DNA from: the human T2T-CHM13v2.0 reference genome, Homo sapiens
NCBI RefSeq assembly: GCF_009914755.1
Contig: NC_060933.1
Direction: 5' to 3' (one strand)
DNA: 64,000 nt
The position numbers and the translations under genes were made by a program. How positions within the stretch are numbered: the stretch's first letter is position 1; every line of letters begins with the position of its first letter. The notes beneath the pieces were generated by a model. That model worked only from the letters and a program-made list of their open reading frames with translations. It was not told the origin of the DNA and did not search any database. Shown piece by piece: positions 1-16,366 of this stretch.

Positions 1-1289
1 AACCAAAATCAGGGGATTTGGACTAGCAACAAAGTATCTATTCACTAGTCTACAAAGTCCCAAATACTATAGGAATCTGAAGTATTGGTATTACACGTCT
101 TTGAATCTCAGGGAAGAAAAAAACTGAGATGTGACCATTGATAGATCTCTAGATTAATTATAGTATTTCTAGAGAACATTAAAGACAATCCTAATTATAC
201 TTTTAAATTGGAAACAAGTACTTATCCTTAAGCCTCTGATGAATCTGCCAACTACTTTTCCCTTCTAGTATTTAGAATTCTGCATTCCACGCCATATACC
301 TTATAATGTGGTGATTGCAATCCTTTCCCTGGGATTAAAAGGTATTTTCTCTTTCCTTGGCAGAACTGAAATAAATGAAAGACGTATCATTATGGGTCTT
401 GATTTGCTATAAACAGCAGGATAATGGAGTGAAAAGAACACTAGGTTTGGAGTTAGGATACTCAAAATAAAAAAAGCCTTACTCTTATATTAATAATGCA
501 TCATTATGCATTTTTTACTCTATGCCTACTCAGGCTTAAACTTTTCTTTCAGTTTTCCTGTAGCCATTTTACTAGGAGCTGACTGTGGGTAGCTACTGCT
601 GAAAGAGATGATAAGTGAAGTCACAAAAATATGGACACTAAAACCATCATAATCATTATATGAAATTTGCACTTTGAGTTAAAAAGAAATGAATTTCTAA
701 ACTTGAAATTTCAAATACCAGTAATAACTTGAAAGATATTTTAGGGGAAAAAACTTTTGAGAGTATGCCTCAACTGACACTAAGTAAAAAGCTGAGTATG
801 CTGTTTCTTTATAAGATTGGTCCTGCAAAAGAAAAACTATTGGGAGAGTTTTGATCTAGGATAGCTACTCCCTAGCTTCTTAAGTTCATTTCACTGCCAG
901 CAAAAGGCTGCCATGTTACTATCAACACTCTAGTCCCATCCTAGACAAGCATAAAAATATCAACCAAGGCAAAGTCAATATACTCCTTTCCCCCAACAGT
1001 AACACATGCCACACCTTCTATCATAAGGTTACCGTCCTTTCCTTTATTGGATTTCTGAATTTTTTAAAAAGTAAAAGTAAAGCAATCATTAAGTAGTTCA
1101 GATAAAAGAAAAGCATCTTTACCTGAGTTACCCATCAGGTCTACTCTGACCCGCCTTAGCTTCTCCCAGAACAAGCTTCTGGGTATCTAAAAAACTATTT
1201 TCATACTGATTTCATGTAAAGTCCTCTCTACCATATGAGTCAACTAACTATGAGAACAGTCTTCTCATACATATGTACATAGATTCTCA

Positions 1290-2050
1290 CCCACAATTAA
1301 ATCTCTCACTGCAGAACAGGTTTTTTGGGGCCTGATAAGACAGGAGCTTCTACCAAAGGTTTTCTCAGACTCAAGGTAAGTATGGGTTTTTTCACCTATG
1401 TGAGTTCCCTGATGTACCACAAGAGTTGATCATTGACAAGCACTCTTCATTCAGACACTTGCAGTCTTTCCTCAGATTGGGTTTTTTTTTTGGGTGCAAA
1501 CCCAAGTAAGGCTCTCCAATGAATGCTTTTGCCATACGTAAGACAAATATACAATTTTTCACCAGTATGGCTTCTCTGATGGGTAAGTCAGAGTTTTGTT
1601 AGAAGCTTTTTTCACACTTGCTGGGGCTTCTCCCCAGGGTGGGTTTTCTGAGGTCCAATGAGATGTTCATACTGTCTGCAGCACAACTGACACTGAAGGC
1701 ATTTAAAAAGTTGTTCTCCGGTGTGAATTCTCTTACAACGAGAAGGGCTGAGCATTAGTAGAAAGCTCTCTCACACTCAGTGCATTTCTAAGGTTTCCCA
1801 CTTGTATGAATCCTCTTGTGAGTGATCAAATTTGAGCTCAGACGGTAAGTTTTCAAAACCTCTGGGCATCTGTAGATTTCTCGTTGGAGTGAGGATGAAG
1901 TGTTCTGTTAGGGCAGCTCTCTGGGCAAAGAATTTCTCATATTTCCAATTGCAGGCTCTCTGGTCCCCACTGAATTCTGAGCTCTGAGCAAAGTCTGAGA
2001 TTTGTCCTCATCTTAATGAGTTCTCTGATACATAAATAATTTTTAATATT
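1290..2050 (-). other. Decayed zinc-finger array in the ZNF322 3'UTR
   Basis: Minus-strand translation gives [68 protein letters not shown] and HQGTHIGEK, broken by stops and frameshifts. Confidence 0.8.
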
Positions 2051-2072
2051 GGTATTACAGCTTCTCGCCTGG

Positions 2073-3281
2073 TCAAGACATCTGTGAGGCTTCTGACGCA
2101 TGGGGAGGGCTAAGCTCAAGACCTTTTTCACTCACATTACAGACAAACGGTTTTTCACCAATGTGTACTGTCTGATGTTGAAGAAGGGCTGAACTCTGGT
2201 GGAAGCTTTTATCACATACAGTGTATTTATAGTGTAGCTCCTCTGTTTGAGTTCTCATTTTCTGTTGGGCAACAAAGTCCATTCCTAGGAGGAAGCCACT
2301 CTCACACGCAGACCACTGATGTGGTTTCTCTTCCATGTGAATTCTCTGATGTACAATAAGATCTGAGCTACAGTTAAAGCTTTTTTCATATTCAAGGCAT
2401 TTAAAAGTGTGAGTGTGAGTTGCCTGGTGCCTAATTAGGTTGGCACTCCGAGTAAAACTTCTCATACATTCCAGGCATTTATACGGCTTCTCACCTGTGT
2501 GGACTCTCTGGTGCACGATAAGGTCTGATTTCTGGCCAAAGCATTTTTCACAGGCACCACACTTATAGGGCTTCTCCCCAGTATGAACTCTTTTATGTAC
2601 AATGAAGGCTGAACGGTGTCGGTAACTTTTCTCACACTTATTACATTTGTAGGGCCTTTCCCCAGTGTGAGTTCTCTGGTGGCTAATAAGATCTGATTTC
2701 CCACTAAAAGCTTTTTCACACTCGAGACACTTAAATGGTTTCTCACCTGTGTGAGTTCTTCGATGCCTTATGAGGTTTGTACTTCTACTGAAGCATTTGT
2801 CACACTCACTACATAGATATGGTTTCTCGCCAGTATGGCTTCGCTGGTGGACAAGCAGATCAGAACTCTGACCAAAATTCTTGCCACAAATGTCACATGT
2901 ATAGAATTTTTTACCTGCATGTGTTCTCTGATGTCCTGAAAGCACTAAGTGATGCCAAAAGCTCTTCTCACATTTGCTACATTTATAAGGTTTCTCGTAA
3001 TTGTGGATCCTCTGGTGTGAAGTAAGATCTGAGCTTTGGACAAAGGTTTTCTCACACATATCACATTTATAAGGTTTCTCCCCAGTATGGGTTCTCTCAC
3101 ACATAATAAGAGCTAAGTTTTCACACAAGTTTTGCTTGCATTCAAGGCACTGGTATATATGACCATCTATCTGAATAATCTCATGCATATGAATAAAAAT
3201 CTTTTTACCCTTCCGAGGGCATACATTATATATTTTCCTTTTTTGAGTTCTCTGATTACATTTCTCTTCTGAAGTGTACAT
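2073..3281 (-). CDS. ZNF322P1: Intact 402-aa C2H2 zinc-finger ORF nearly identical to ZNF322 (8 canonical plus about 4 degenerate fingers, no KRAB/SCAN)
   Basis: The ORF [16 protein letters not shown]...ASEASQMS has TGEKPY linkers and is recognised as ZNF322. An in-frame TAG lies two codons upstream of the ATG. Translation in vivo is unknown. Confidence 0.85.
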   Translation of the reverse strand: [402 protein letters not shown]

Positions 3282-4188
3282 TTTCTATGGCTCTCTCCTA
3301 GGGAGTTTTCCGCTGGTCTTCTTGACCCATCGTTGCCCTCACAGTCATTTTCTTGATAAGAACTTGGAAGATACATCTGTTTCAGGCCTTTCAATCATGA
3401 GCCTCTACAAGTTTCCAGCATCATATATGTTAATTCCTTACTTGGTATTTCCAACCCTAGAATCCAGATGGAAGAAAACATACATTCCTGATCCTGACTA
3501 TTTGACTTCTCAAAGAAGATAGCATTCGTAACAAGAAAGACTCAAGACCATCTTCCTTTTGGTTTCAAAAGGTCTCTAGTTCAGAACTATTCACAACACT
3601 CAATTCTTGCCTCTCCCTGGCAGCCGCCGGCGCCGCCCCTAGGCCTGGGGACAGCACTTCCGGTTACTCTCCGGACACTCGAATCTGGGCTTCCTGGCGG
3701 CCGCAGACTCTGCGATAGTAGATCTAAGGGCCAGGCTTCGGGAAGGAAAGAAAAGCGAACCCGGCACGGACAAGACCTAGGAGCAACTCCCTTCGTGCGC
3801 CTAGACTAGAGGAGTTGGGGCCAGGCCGCCCACAGAGCGCTTTAACAGAGCGCTTCAAGGGCCCACAAGGCCGGCAACGCAAACCCTTTCAAGCTGGCTG
3901 GGAAGAGGCCGGCGCCAAGTCTACACTTTATAAAATTAATAAAATACAAAACCCCTTTAGCTAATATAAGATTACAGGACCAAAAACATCAAATTACAAA
4001 TAACAGTCTATAAGAGAAGATGAATCCTACTATATACTGTTTTTTATGTTGCTCAGTCCAAATAACTGCTTTTCTACCTAACTGATTATTCATGTTATTT
4101 TTTACTATATGCCAATAATTATAAGTTAAATCTTATTAACAGTTCTGACTTGAGTGACTCTTACCACTCTAGAACACTCAGATTTTTA

Positions 4189-4362
<174 letters not shown>

Positions 4363-5497
4363 TCACAAAAGTATGTATTTCTCAACTGAACTAAAAATCT
4401 TCTATAAGATGCTATGAACTTAAACATGCAATATAGAGAGAAAGTAAATGCAAAGCAGTCCCGTCCTTTTCACTCCTCTGTGCTTTCCCACACACTGTCT
4501 TGTGAACACCCCTCCTCTGCCTCCCCACATTAACTTCGGTCATCTCCAAAACTCCCTTTTTTACCAGTCCCAAAAATCCTTGCTTCTGTCTCAGCATTTA
4601 GCACAGTACATTGTAATTATTTCATTGTTTCCCACTGAAACCAAGAGCTTCTCGAGGGCAAGGGCTGTATCTTTTTTCTCTATAACCCTAAAACCTAAGA
4701 CATAGTAGTGAATGCTTTAAGTTTTTAAAATAAATTAATGATCTAAATTATTATCTCTGGAGCCGTGTTTCTTAAACTATATTTCGAAGAATATTTGTTT
4801 TACCAGAAGAACTGTACCCCAACAAAAAGATTCCATGATCATCTGCATTTGAGAAGTATTACAAAATTATATTACATGGCCAACAATCTAGAAATCCCTT
4901 GAACTTTGCCTAATCTCAATTTGACAATACTTTTTGTGGCAAACATTAACATTTTAGGAACTAGAGTTTCAGGGATACAGTTGCCAGAGCTTCCCAATAC
5001 AAGTGGAGGTTTCCTCTCGGTGGCACAAACTTGCTTGATTTACTTCTATCAATGTTGTCAGGATGCCAATGTCAGGCACTCCTGATCCAAAGGGGCCACT
5101 AAGGAAATGAGCTGTGAATTAAGAGAGATTGGCTTCAAAATCACTTATTTTCCTTATTATTAAATAGTCCATGGGATTTTTCCTAATACAAGAGGATAGA
5201 TTTTAATCTTAACTATTAGAAAGCTCAGTATGTTCTGTGTAAGACAGACCAGTTAAAAATTTTTGAAAATAAATATTAAAAAGCAAAGCTCAGGAAGAAA
5301 TTCTATTCTCAATTATAATGATAATCCTGGGATGCTAATGCAACTTTACTTTTTAAATCCATTCGTATTGATTTCCATTTAAATTGCTATTTAACTTTTT
5401 TTTACTTTAGGCAAAATATAAATCAGAAATAAAAATACAATGGCTTATCAAAAAAAGTTCTAATACTGATGTATAGGGCTTATTTCTAGCATAATAA

Positions 5498-5810
<313 letters not shown>

Positions 5811-5911
5811 ATCACTTGTATTTTTAAGGGACATTGCTGAGAAGAAAGATATAATGTCTGCAATATTCATAATCTATCCACTTCTCAGCAGGAATAACCT
5901 AAAAAGGCTTC

Positions 5912-6013
5912 TAGGCATTCTTATGAGCAGATGACTATTTGTGGTATAGATATAAAAAAACAGGTAGGCATTCTTATGAGCAGATGACTATTTGTGGTAT
6001 AGATATAAAAAAA
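5912..6013. repeat. Tandem duplication, 53-bp period
   Basis: taggcattcttatgagcagatgactatttgtggtatagatataaaaaaa occurs at 5912 and 5965. Confidence 0.95.
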
Positions 6014-7266
6014 GAGTTAAAAAGACTTCTGAATTCTAAAATTCAACTCTATAATTGAGGGACTTATATAAACTATAGACTATATATTATGAACCAATAT
6101 ATGGTGTCTTGAAAACCTTGAATTCTTTATGAAAACATACGATAAAAAAGGAGTTGTAAACTCAAATACTTATAAGGATGAAGGAGGTTACCTAAGTAAG
6201 TGAAGTACTCAGGTGGACACAGTAGCAAACTGGAGAATATGTGCCTCCTACACAGGGCAACCTCTGCACAGCAGACCAAGCAGTGATGCGGTTCAGGGGA
6301 CACCAGATTTGATTCTTAAGCCTGATGTCCAGATTTCTGCATGAGTCCACTAAAGTTTACATGTTGAATCAATTCAAAGAGGCAAAGAACAAATCTATAT
6401 GCCACATTTAGACTACAGCCCTTGTGTTTTTATATTTGCCATGAATGTGTTGCTAAATGATTGTGTATAAACCAAGTACTTGCATGTGGAACTTTTTCTT
6501 TCTCTAGTATCATATGTTTAATAAAAAAACTCAGGCCCTGATATATACATAATAAAAATTGCTGTTAACACTCATAATACCCACCTCAAGAATTTTCCCA
6601 ACATTTATTCATTTGCAATCTATGTGTATATAATTTTCCCAGATTGTTAACCAAATAGATAATTACTTCATAGGAATGCTGAAACTAAATTATTAAAATA
6701 ATTCCTATTGTATTCTCACTGACTTCAAGGATTTCAGTGTTTAAAACTGACATCCTGATAATGCCAAAGCTCTATAAACTTAATAGACATACTGAGATAG
6801 TCCCTAATACAACTGCAACTGAAAAAAAAAGGTTCAAGATCTGCTACTGATCTAATTGAGAAAATTTCACTTGTAATGAACACTTGTTGACACATAATCG
6901 CTTGAATGGTGACAAAGGAACATGAAATTGTGAAAGGGTCAGTCTCTACTTGTTGAAAGATTACCCACAAGTAAATTGCTAAAAACTTTCTGAATGGCAG
7001 TGAATGATTCATGGTGGGAAGCAAAAGGTGTTATTCTGTAAGCTGAGAGATGTTGCCAGTGATATTTCCTTTCACTTCCCAGTCACAAACGTAGAGAAAG
7101 ACAGATAAGTCAGGTTAATGTTATTGGAAAAGAGAACTTTGAAGAAAGTAGCACCTATCAAATGCCAACTCTTTTAGAGATTTCTTATGTCTTTGAGATA
7201 CGGGAATTTATATACTGCATTTATCTATTCTGTGCTTCTTAATCAGGAGTGTATTCGAACACTTAG

Positions 7267-7478
7267 GTTTTTTTTTTTGCTCTTGTTGTAAGAGACAAGA
7301 GCCTTACTATGTATTTTTAATAGAGATGGGGTTTCACCATGTTAGCCAGGATGGTCTCCATCTCCTGACCTCGAGATCTGCCCACCTCAGGCTGGACTCA
7401 AACTCCTAGGCTCAAGCAATCCTCCCACCTCAGCCTCCTGAGTAGCTGGACTACAGGAGCATGCCACTGTGCATGGCT
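7267..7478 (-). mobile_element. Rearranged Alu fragments
   Basis: An Alu left-arm piece is embedded in an AluJ/FLAM-like piece. Confidence 0.75.
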
Positions 7479-8519
7479 TCAAGAAAATATTTTTAACCAT
7501 ACGTGTTCAGAACTTATTAGATCTATAACATCAAAATCCTCAGGGGAAAGCCTACACTTGTAGACTTTTAACAAAATTTCCCGAGGTCACTGTAATGCAC
7601 AATTCTTGCTGAGAATTACTGCAGCAGACAATCACTTCAGTTTCATCTCTCACCCACACAGCCAATATCCTTTATTAGCTTGGGATGTGGCCAGAGAGAA
7701 GAGTATGAGATAAGAGTTATGTATTAAAACTCCAGTGAATTTTCCTGGGTGTGGGTATAACAGGGACAAGTAAACTCAAAATCCCAGTTGATTTTGCTAT
7801 TTATAAGCTGCTCATCTCCCACCTTCCCACCAAGATATTCTAGATTTGAAAGGAGAGTTTAGACTCTTAGCTAAGTTGCTGTTTTTGCCAGGATGTGTAG
7901 TAAGTCAGTTACTAATTTGTTCCACCCTTTGCTGAAGTGTTTCTCACTTCATCACTGTATATTCACTGCCAATCTGGTTTCCTCAGAGTCCTCTAAAAAT
8001 TAATCTTTAGGCAAGTTTCAGTCACTCTTTTTACCAAACCAAAAATGATTACCCCAAAGCTGAAGAGTGTTTTGTCTCAATACATAAACTGGAAAAAAAA
8101 CAAACTAAAAAACAAAACCTCTTCTTGGCATTTTCCCTCATTACCTAATTTCCAAGTGACCTGCATGTTTTTGATTGCTCTCCTTTTCCCTTCCTATTTT
8201 TCCCTCTTAAACCTTGCCCATGAAAGATACATCCATTTTGTCAGAAGACCATCAGCAGCAGCAAGACTTCCATTTATTGTAAGTTGTTTTAGTTTTGAGT
8301 TTTAAGATAAAGCCTATTTCCAGGGCAATTTTTTTTCCTGTGATGTTTTTACACTAATTAGAAAAAAAATACACCGGGGGTAGGAAACAAATACTTGAAA
8401 AGAAGTTTTACCTTAACAAATTCACAAATACTTCCCATAAGTGCACTAAAATAGCTGTGCCCTCTAATACTTCTTTAAAAGTATCAATATTTAAAGTAAA
8501 ATTTTAGACAATTAAGTTA

Positions 8520-8804
<285 letters not shown>

Positions 8805-8901
8805 CTATTAGTGTTAGATAAAAAATTAGACTATAAATTCTAATAATTCAAAATACATATTCCACAGGTTCCACCAACTAGCTAATTTAAATGAGACAAA
8901 T

Positions 8902-9372
8902 TCATTTTAATTCGGTGGAAGAGCCAAGATGGCTGAATAGGAACAGCTCCAGTCTACAGCTCCCAGCATGAGTGACGCAGAAGATGGGTGATTTCTGCAT
9001 TTCCATCTGAGGTACCGGGTTCATCTCACTAGGGAGTGCCAGACAGTGGGTGTAGGACAGTGGGTGCACCACACCGTGCGCGAGCCGAAGCAGGGCAAGG
9101 CATTGCCTCACTCGGGAAGCACAAGCACAAGGGGTCAGGGAGTTCCCTTTCCTAGTCAAAGAAAAGGTTGACAGATGGCACCTGGAAAATCGGGTCACTC
9201 CCACCCTAATACTGCGCTTTTCCGACGGGCTTAAAAAAAGGCACATCAGGAGATTATATCCCGCACCTGGCTCGGAGGGACCTATGCCCACAGAGTCTCG
9301 CTGATTTCTAGCACAGCAATCTGAGATCAAACTGCAAGGCAGCAGCAAGGCCGGGGGAGGGGCACCCGCCAT
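8902..9372 (-). CDS. L1 ORF0 (antisense ORF), open for 156 codons through the L1 5' end
   Basis: ATG at 9372 starts MAGAPPPALLLPCSLISDCCARNQRDSVGIGPSEPG...RVGVTRFSRC, the ORF0 signature. Donors SD1 (9267/9266) and SD2 (9182/9181) are intact. Confidence 0.75.
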   Translation of the reverse strand: MAGAPPPALLLPCSLISDCCARNQRDSVGIGPSEPGAGYNLLMCLFLSPSEKRSIRVGVTRFSRCHLSTFSLTRKGNSLTPCACASRVRQCLALLRLAHGVVHPLSYTHCLALPSEMNPVPQMEMQKSPIFCVTHAGSCRLELFLFSHLGSSTELK

Positions 9373-9600
9373 TGCCCAGTCTTGCTTACATAAACAAAGC
9401 AGCTGGGAAGTTGGAACTGGGTGGAGCCCGCCACAGCTCAAGGAGGCCTGCCTGCCTCTGTAGGCTCCACCTCTGGGGGCAGGGCACAGACAAACAAAAA
9501 GACAGCAGTAACCTCTGCAGACTTAAATGTTCCTGTCTGACAGCTTTGAAGAGAGCAGTGCTTCTCCCAGCACACAGCTGGAGATCTGAGAACGGGCAGA
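9300..9600 (-). promoter_or_regulatory. L1 antisense promoter region, pointing at ANKRD18 exon 3
   Basis: Position corresponds to roughly nt 400-600 of a complete L1PA 5'UTR, the established location of the ASP. Activity is not demonstrable from sequence. Confidence 0.6.
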
Positions 9601-9955
9601 CCGCCTCCTCAAGTGGGTCCCTGACCCCTGACCCCCAAGCAGCCTAACTGGGAGGCACCCCCCAGTAGGGGCAGACTGACACCTCACACAGCCGAATATT
9701 CCTCTGAGACAAAACTTCCAGAGGAATGATCAGACAGCAGCATTCGCGGTTCATGAAAATCCGCTGTTCTGCAGCCACCGCTGCTGATACCCAGGCAAAC
9801 AGGGTCTGGAGTGGACCTCTAGCAAACTCCAACAGACCTGCAGCTGAGGGTCCTGTCTGTTAGAAGGCAAACTAATAAACAGAAAGGACATCCACACCAA
9901 AAACCCATCTGTACATCACCATCATCAAAGACCAAAAGTAGATAAAACCACAAAG

Positions 9956-10968
9956 ATGGGGAAAAAAACAGAGCAGCAAAACTGGAAACTCTAAAAAGCA
10001 GAGTGCCTCTCCTGCAAAGTAACACAGTTCCTCACCAGTAACGGAACAAAGCTGGACGGAGAATGACTTTGCCGAGTTGAGAGAAGAAGGCTTCAGACGA
10101 TTAAACTACTCCGAGCTACAGGAGGAAATTCAAACCAAAGGCAAAGAAGTTAAAAACTTTGAAAAAAATTTAGAAGAATGTATAACTAGAATAACCAATA
10201 CAGAGAAGTGCTTAAAGGAGCTGATGGAGCTGAAAACCAAGGCTTGAGAACTATGTAAAGAATGCAGAATCCTCAGGAGCCGAAGTGATCAACTGGAAGA
10301 AAGGGTATCAGTGATGGAAGATGAAATGAATGAAATGAAGCGAGAAGGGAAGTTTAGAGAAAAAAGAATAAAAAGAAATGAACAAAGCCTCCAAGGAATA
10401 TGGGACTATGTGAAAGACCAAATCTATGTCTGATTGGCGTACCTGAAAGTGACGGGGAGAATGGAACCAAGCTGGAAAACACTCTGCAGGATATTATCCA
10501 GGAGAACTTCCCCAAACTAGCAAGGCAGGCCAATATTCAGACTCAGGAAATACAGAGAACGCCACAAAGATACTCCTCGAGAAGAGCAACTCAAGACACA
10601 TAATTGTCAGATTCACCAAAGTTGAAATGAAAGAAAAAATGTTAAGGGCAGCCAGAGAGAAAGGTCGGGTTACCCACAAAGGGAAGCCCATCAGACTAAC
10701 AGCGGATCTCTTGGCAGAAACCCTACAAGCCAGAAGAGAGTGGGGGCCAATATTCAACATTCTTAAAGAAAAGAATTTTCAACCCAGAATTTCATATCCA
10801 GCCAAACTAAGCTTCATAAGTGAAGGAGAAATAAAATACTTTACAGACAAGCAAATGCTGAGAGATTTTGTCATCACCAGGCCTGCCCTAAAAGAGCTCC
10901 TGAAGGAAGCACTAAACATGGAAAGGAACAACCAGTACCAGCCACTGCAAAATCATGCCAAATTGTAA
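9956..10968 (+). pseudogene. L1 ORF1, disrupted
   Basis: ATGGGGAAAAAAACAG has an extra A, with further stops and frameshifts. The C-terminal fragment MKEKMLRAAREKGR...NHAKL is intact. Confidence 0.93.
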
Positions 10969-11031
10969 AGACCATTGAGGCTAGGAAGAAACTGCATCAA
11001 CTAACGAGCAAAATAACCAGCTAACATCATA

Positions 11032-14857
<3,826 letters not shown>

Positions 14858-15100
14858 ACAATGAGAACACACGGACACAGGAAGGGGAACATCACACACC
14901 AGGGCCTGTTGTGGGGTTGGGGGAGGGGGGAGGGATAGCATTAGGAGATATACTAATGCTAAATGACGAGTTAATGGGTGCAGTACACCAGCATGGCACA
15001 TGTATACATATGTTAACTAACTTGCACATTGTGCACAAGTACCCTAAAACTTAAAGTATAATAATAATAAAATAAAATTCATTTTAATTCTATGTATTTA

Positions 15101-15307
<207 letters not shown>

Positions 15308-15672
15308 CTACAATGGTTCATGTAATTGTATACATTGAATGGCATGTTATTCCTCTGCCTTCAAAACAAACAATTTTCTTTTGAAGAAAGTACAATATTT
15401 ATTAGCTCTTACTGCTCCCTACCTTAATGAAACAGCAGCCTATTTGGATAGAATAAGCTTGGTGTTTGGATTCAGTTCAACTAGGGTTTGAGTTCCACTT
15501 TGAACTCAGTCACATACCAGCTATTGCTTAGCCTTTCTGTGCCTGAATTTCCTCATTAATAAAGATGACAAAGCAGCTAGCTCACAAGACACCAGTGTGA
15601 TGCTTAAATGAGACTCTATGTAAAGCATTTAGAACCACTTCCAGAACAAGCAACAACTCAATAATTGTTAGA

Positions 15673-15964
15673 TTTTTGTTTGTTGAGACAGTCTTGCTCT
15701 GTTGCCCAGGCTGGAGTGCAATGGTGTATTTATGCCTCACTGCAGCCTGGAACTCGCAGGCTCAAGCAATCCTCCTGCCCAGCCTCCTGAGTAGCTGGGA
15801 CTACAGGAGTGCACCAGCATGATCAGCTAATTTTTAAAATTTTTTTGTAGAGTAGGAATGTCACTTTGTTGCCCAGGCTGGTCTCAAACTCCTAGCATGG
15901 TGGGAACTTCCCACCTCAGCTTTCCAAAGTTCTGGAATAACAGCTGTGAGCCACGCACTCAGCC
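15673..15964 (-). mobile_element. AluJ
   Basis: Diverged antisense Alu (ggctcaagcaatcctcc). Confidence 0.85.
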
Positions 15965-16366
15965 AGATGTTATAATTATTACTATTACTACTCCTTAACA
16001 AAAACATTTTAATTAAGTAAAATGATACAATTATTGCTATTTTGCAGGATGATTTAAAGATTAGGTCACATTTCAGAGCATCTGATATTGGAATAGTATT
16101 TATAATTCATAATTTTTTATAACTATAATTGGTAGCATTTAAAAATCATCTTCTTAATATAGAAAATAGTAGGGTATCACACAATCCATGAGGCCTTACA
16201 GTAAGTAGAATACTGTATACACAGCAGGTCTAGGGCAGTTCTAGGCATCTAATTGACACTTAAATACATTTTAATTCCTAAAAGTACCATGGGGAAAGAG
16301 CACTGAAATAACAACATATTTTTTAAACAAATTACTTCTTACTCTGATTTTTAAAAATGTGAAGCT

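Larger units (their letters stand above)
1..3922 (-). pseudogene. ZNF322P1: Processed retrocopy of ZNF322 mRNA (5'UTR + CDS + 3'UTR; 3' end runs off the left edge), inserted in sense orientation in ANKRD18 intron 4
   Basis: A GC-rich first-exon-like block (3611-3922) is joined without introns to AT-rich UTR segments and the ZNF322 ORF. There is an abrupt switch to AT-rich host intron at ~3922. The poly(A) tail and second TSD copy are outside the window. Confidence 0.88.
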
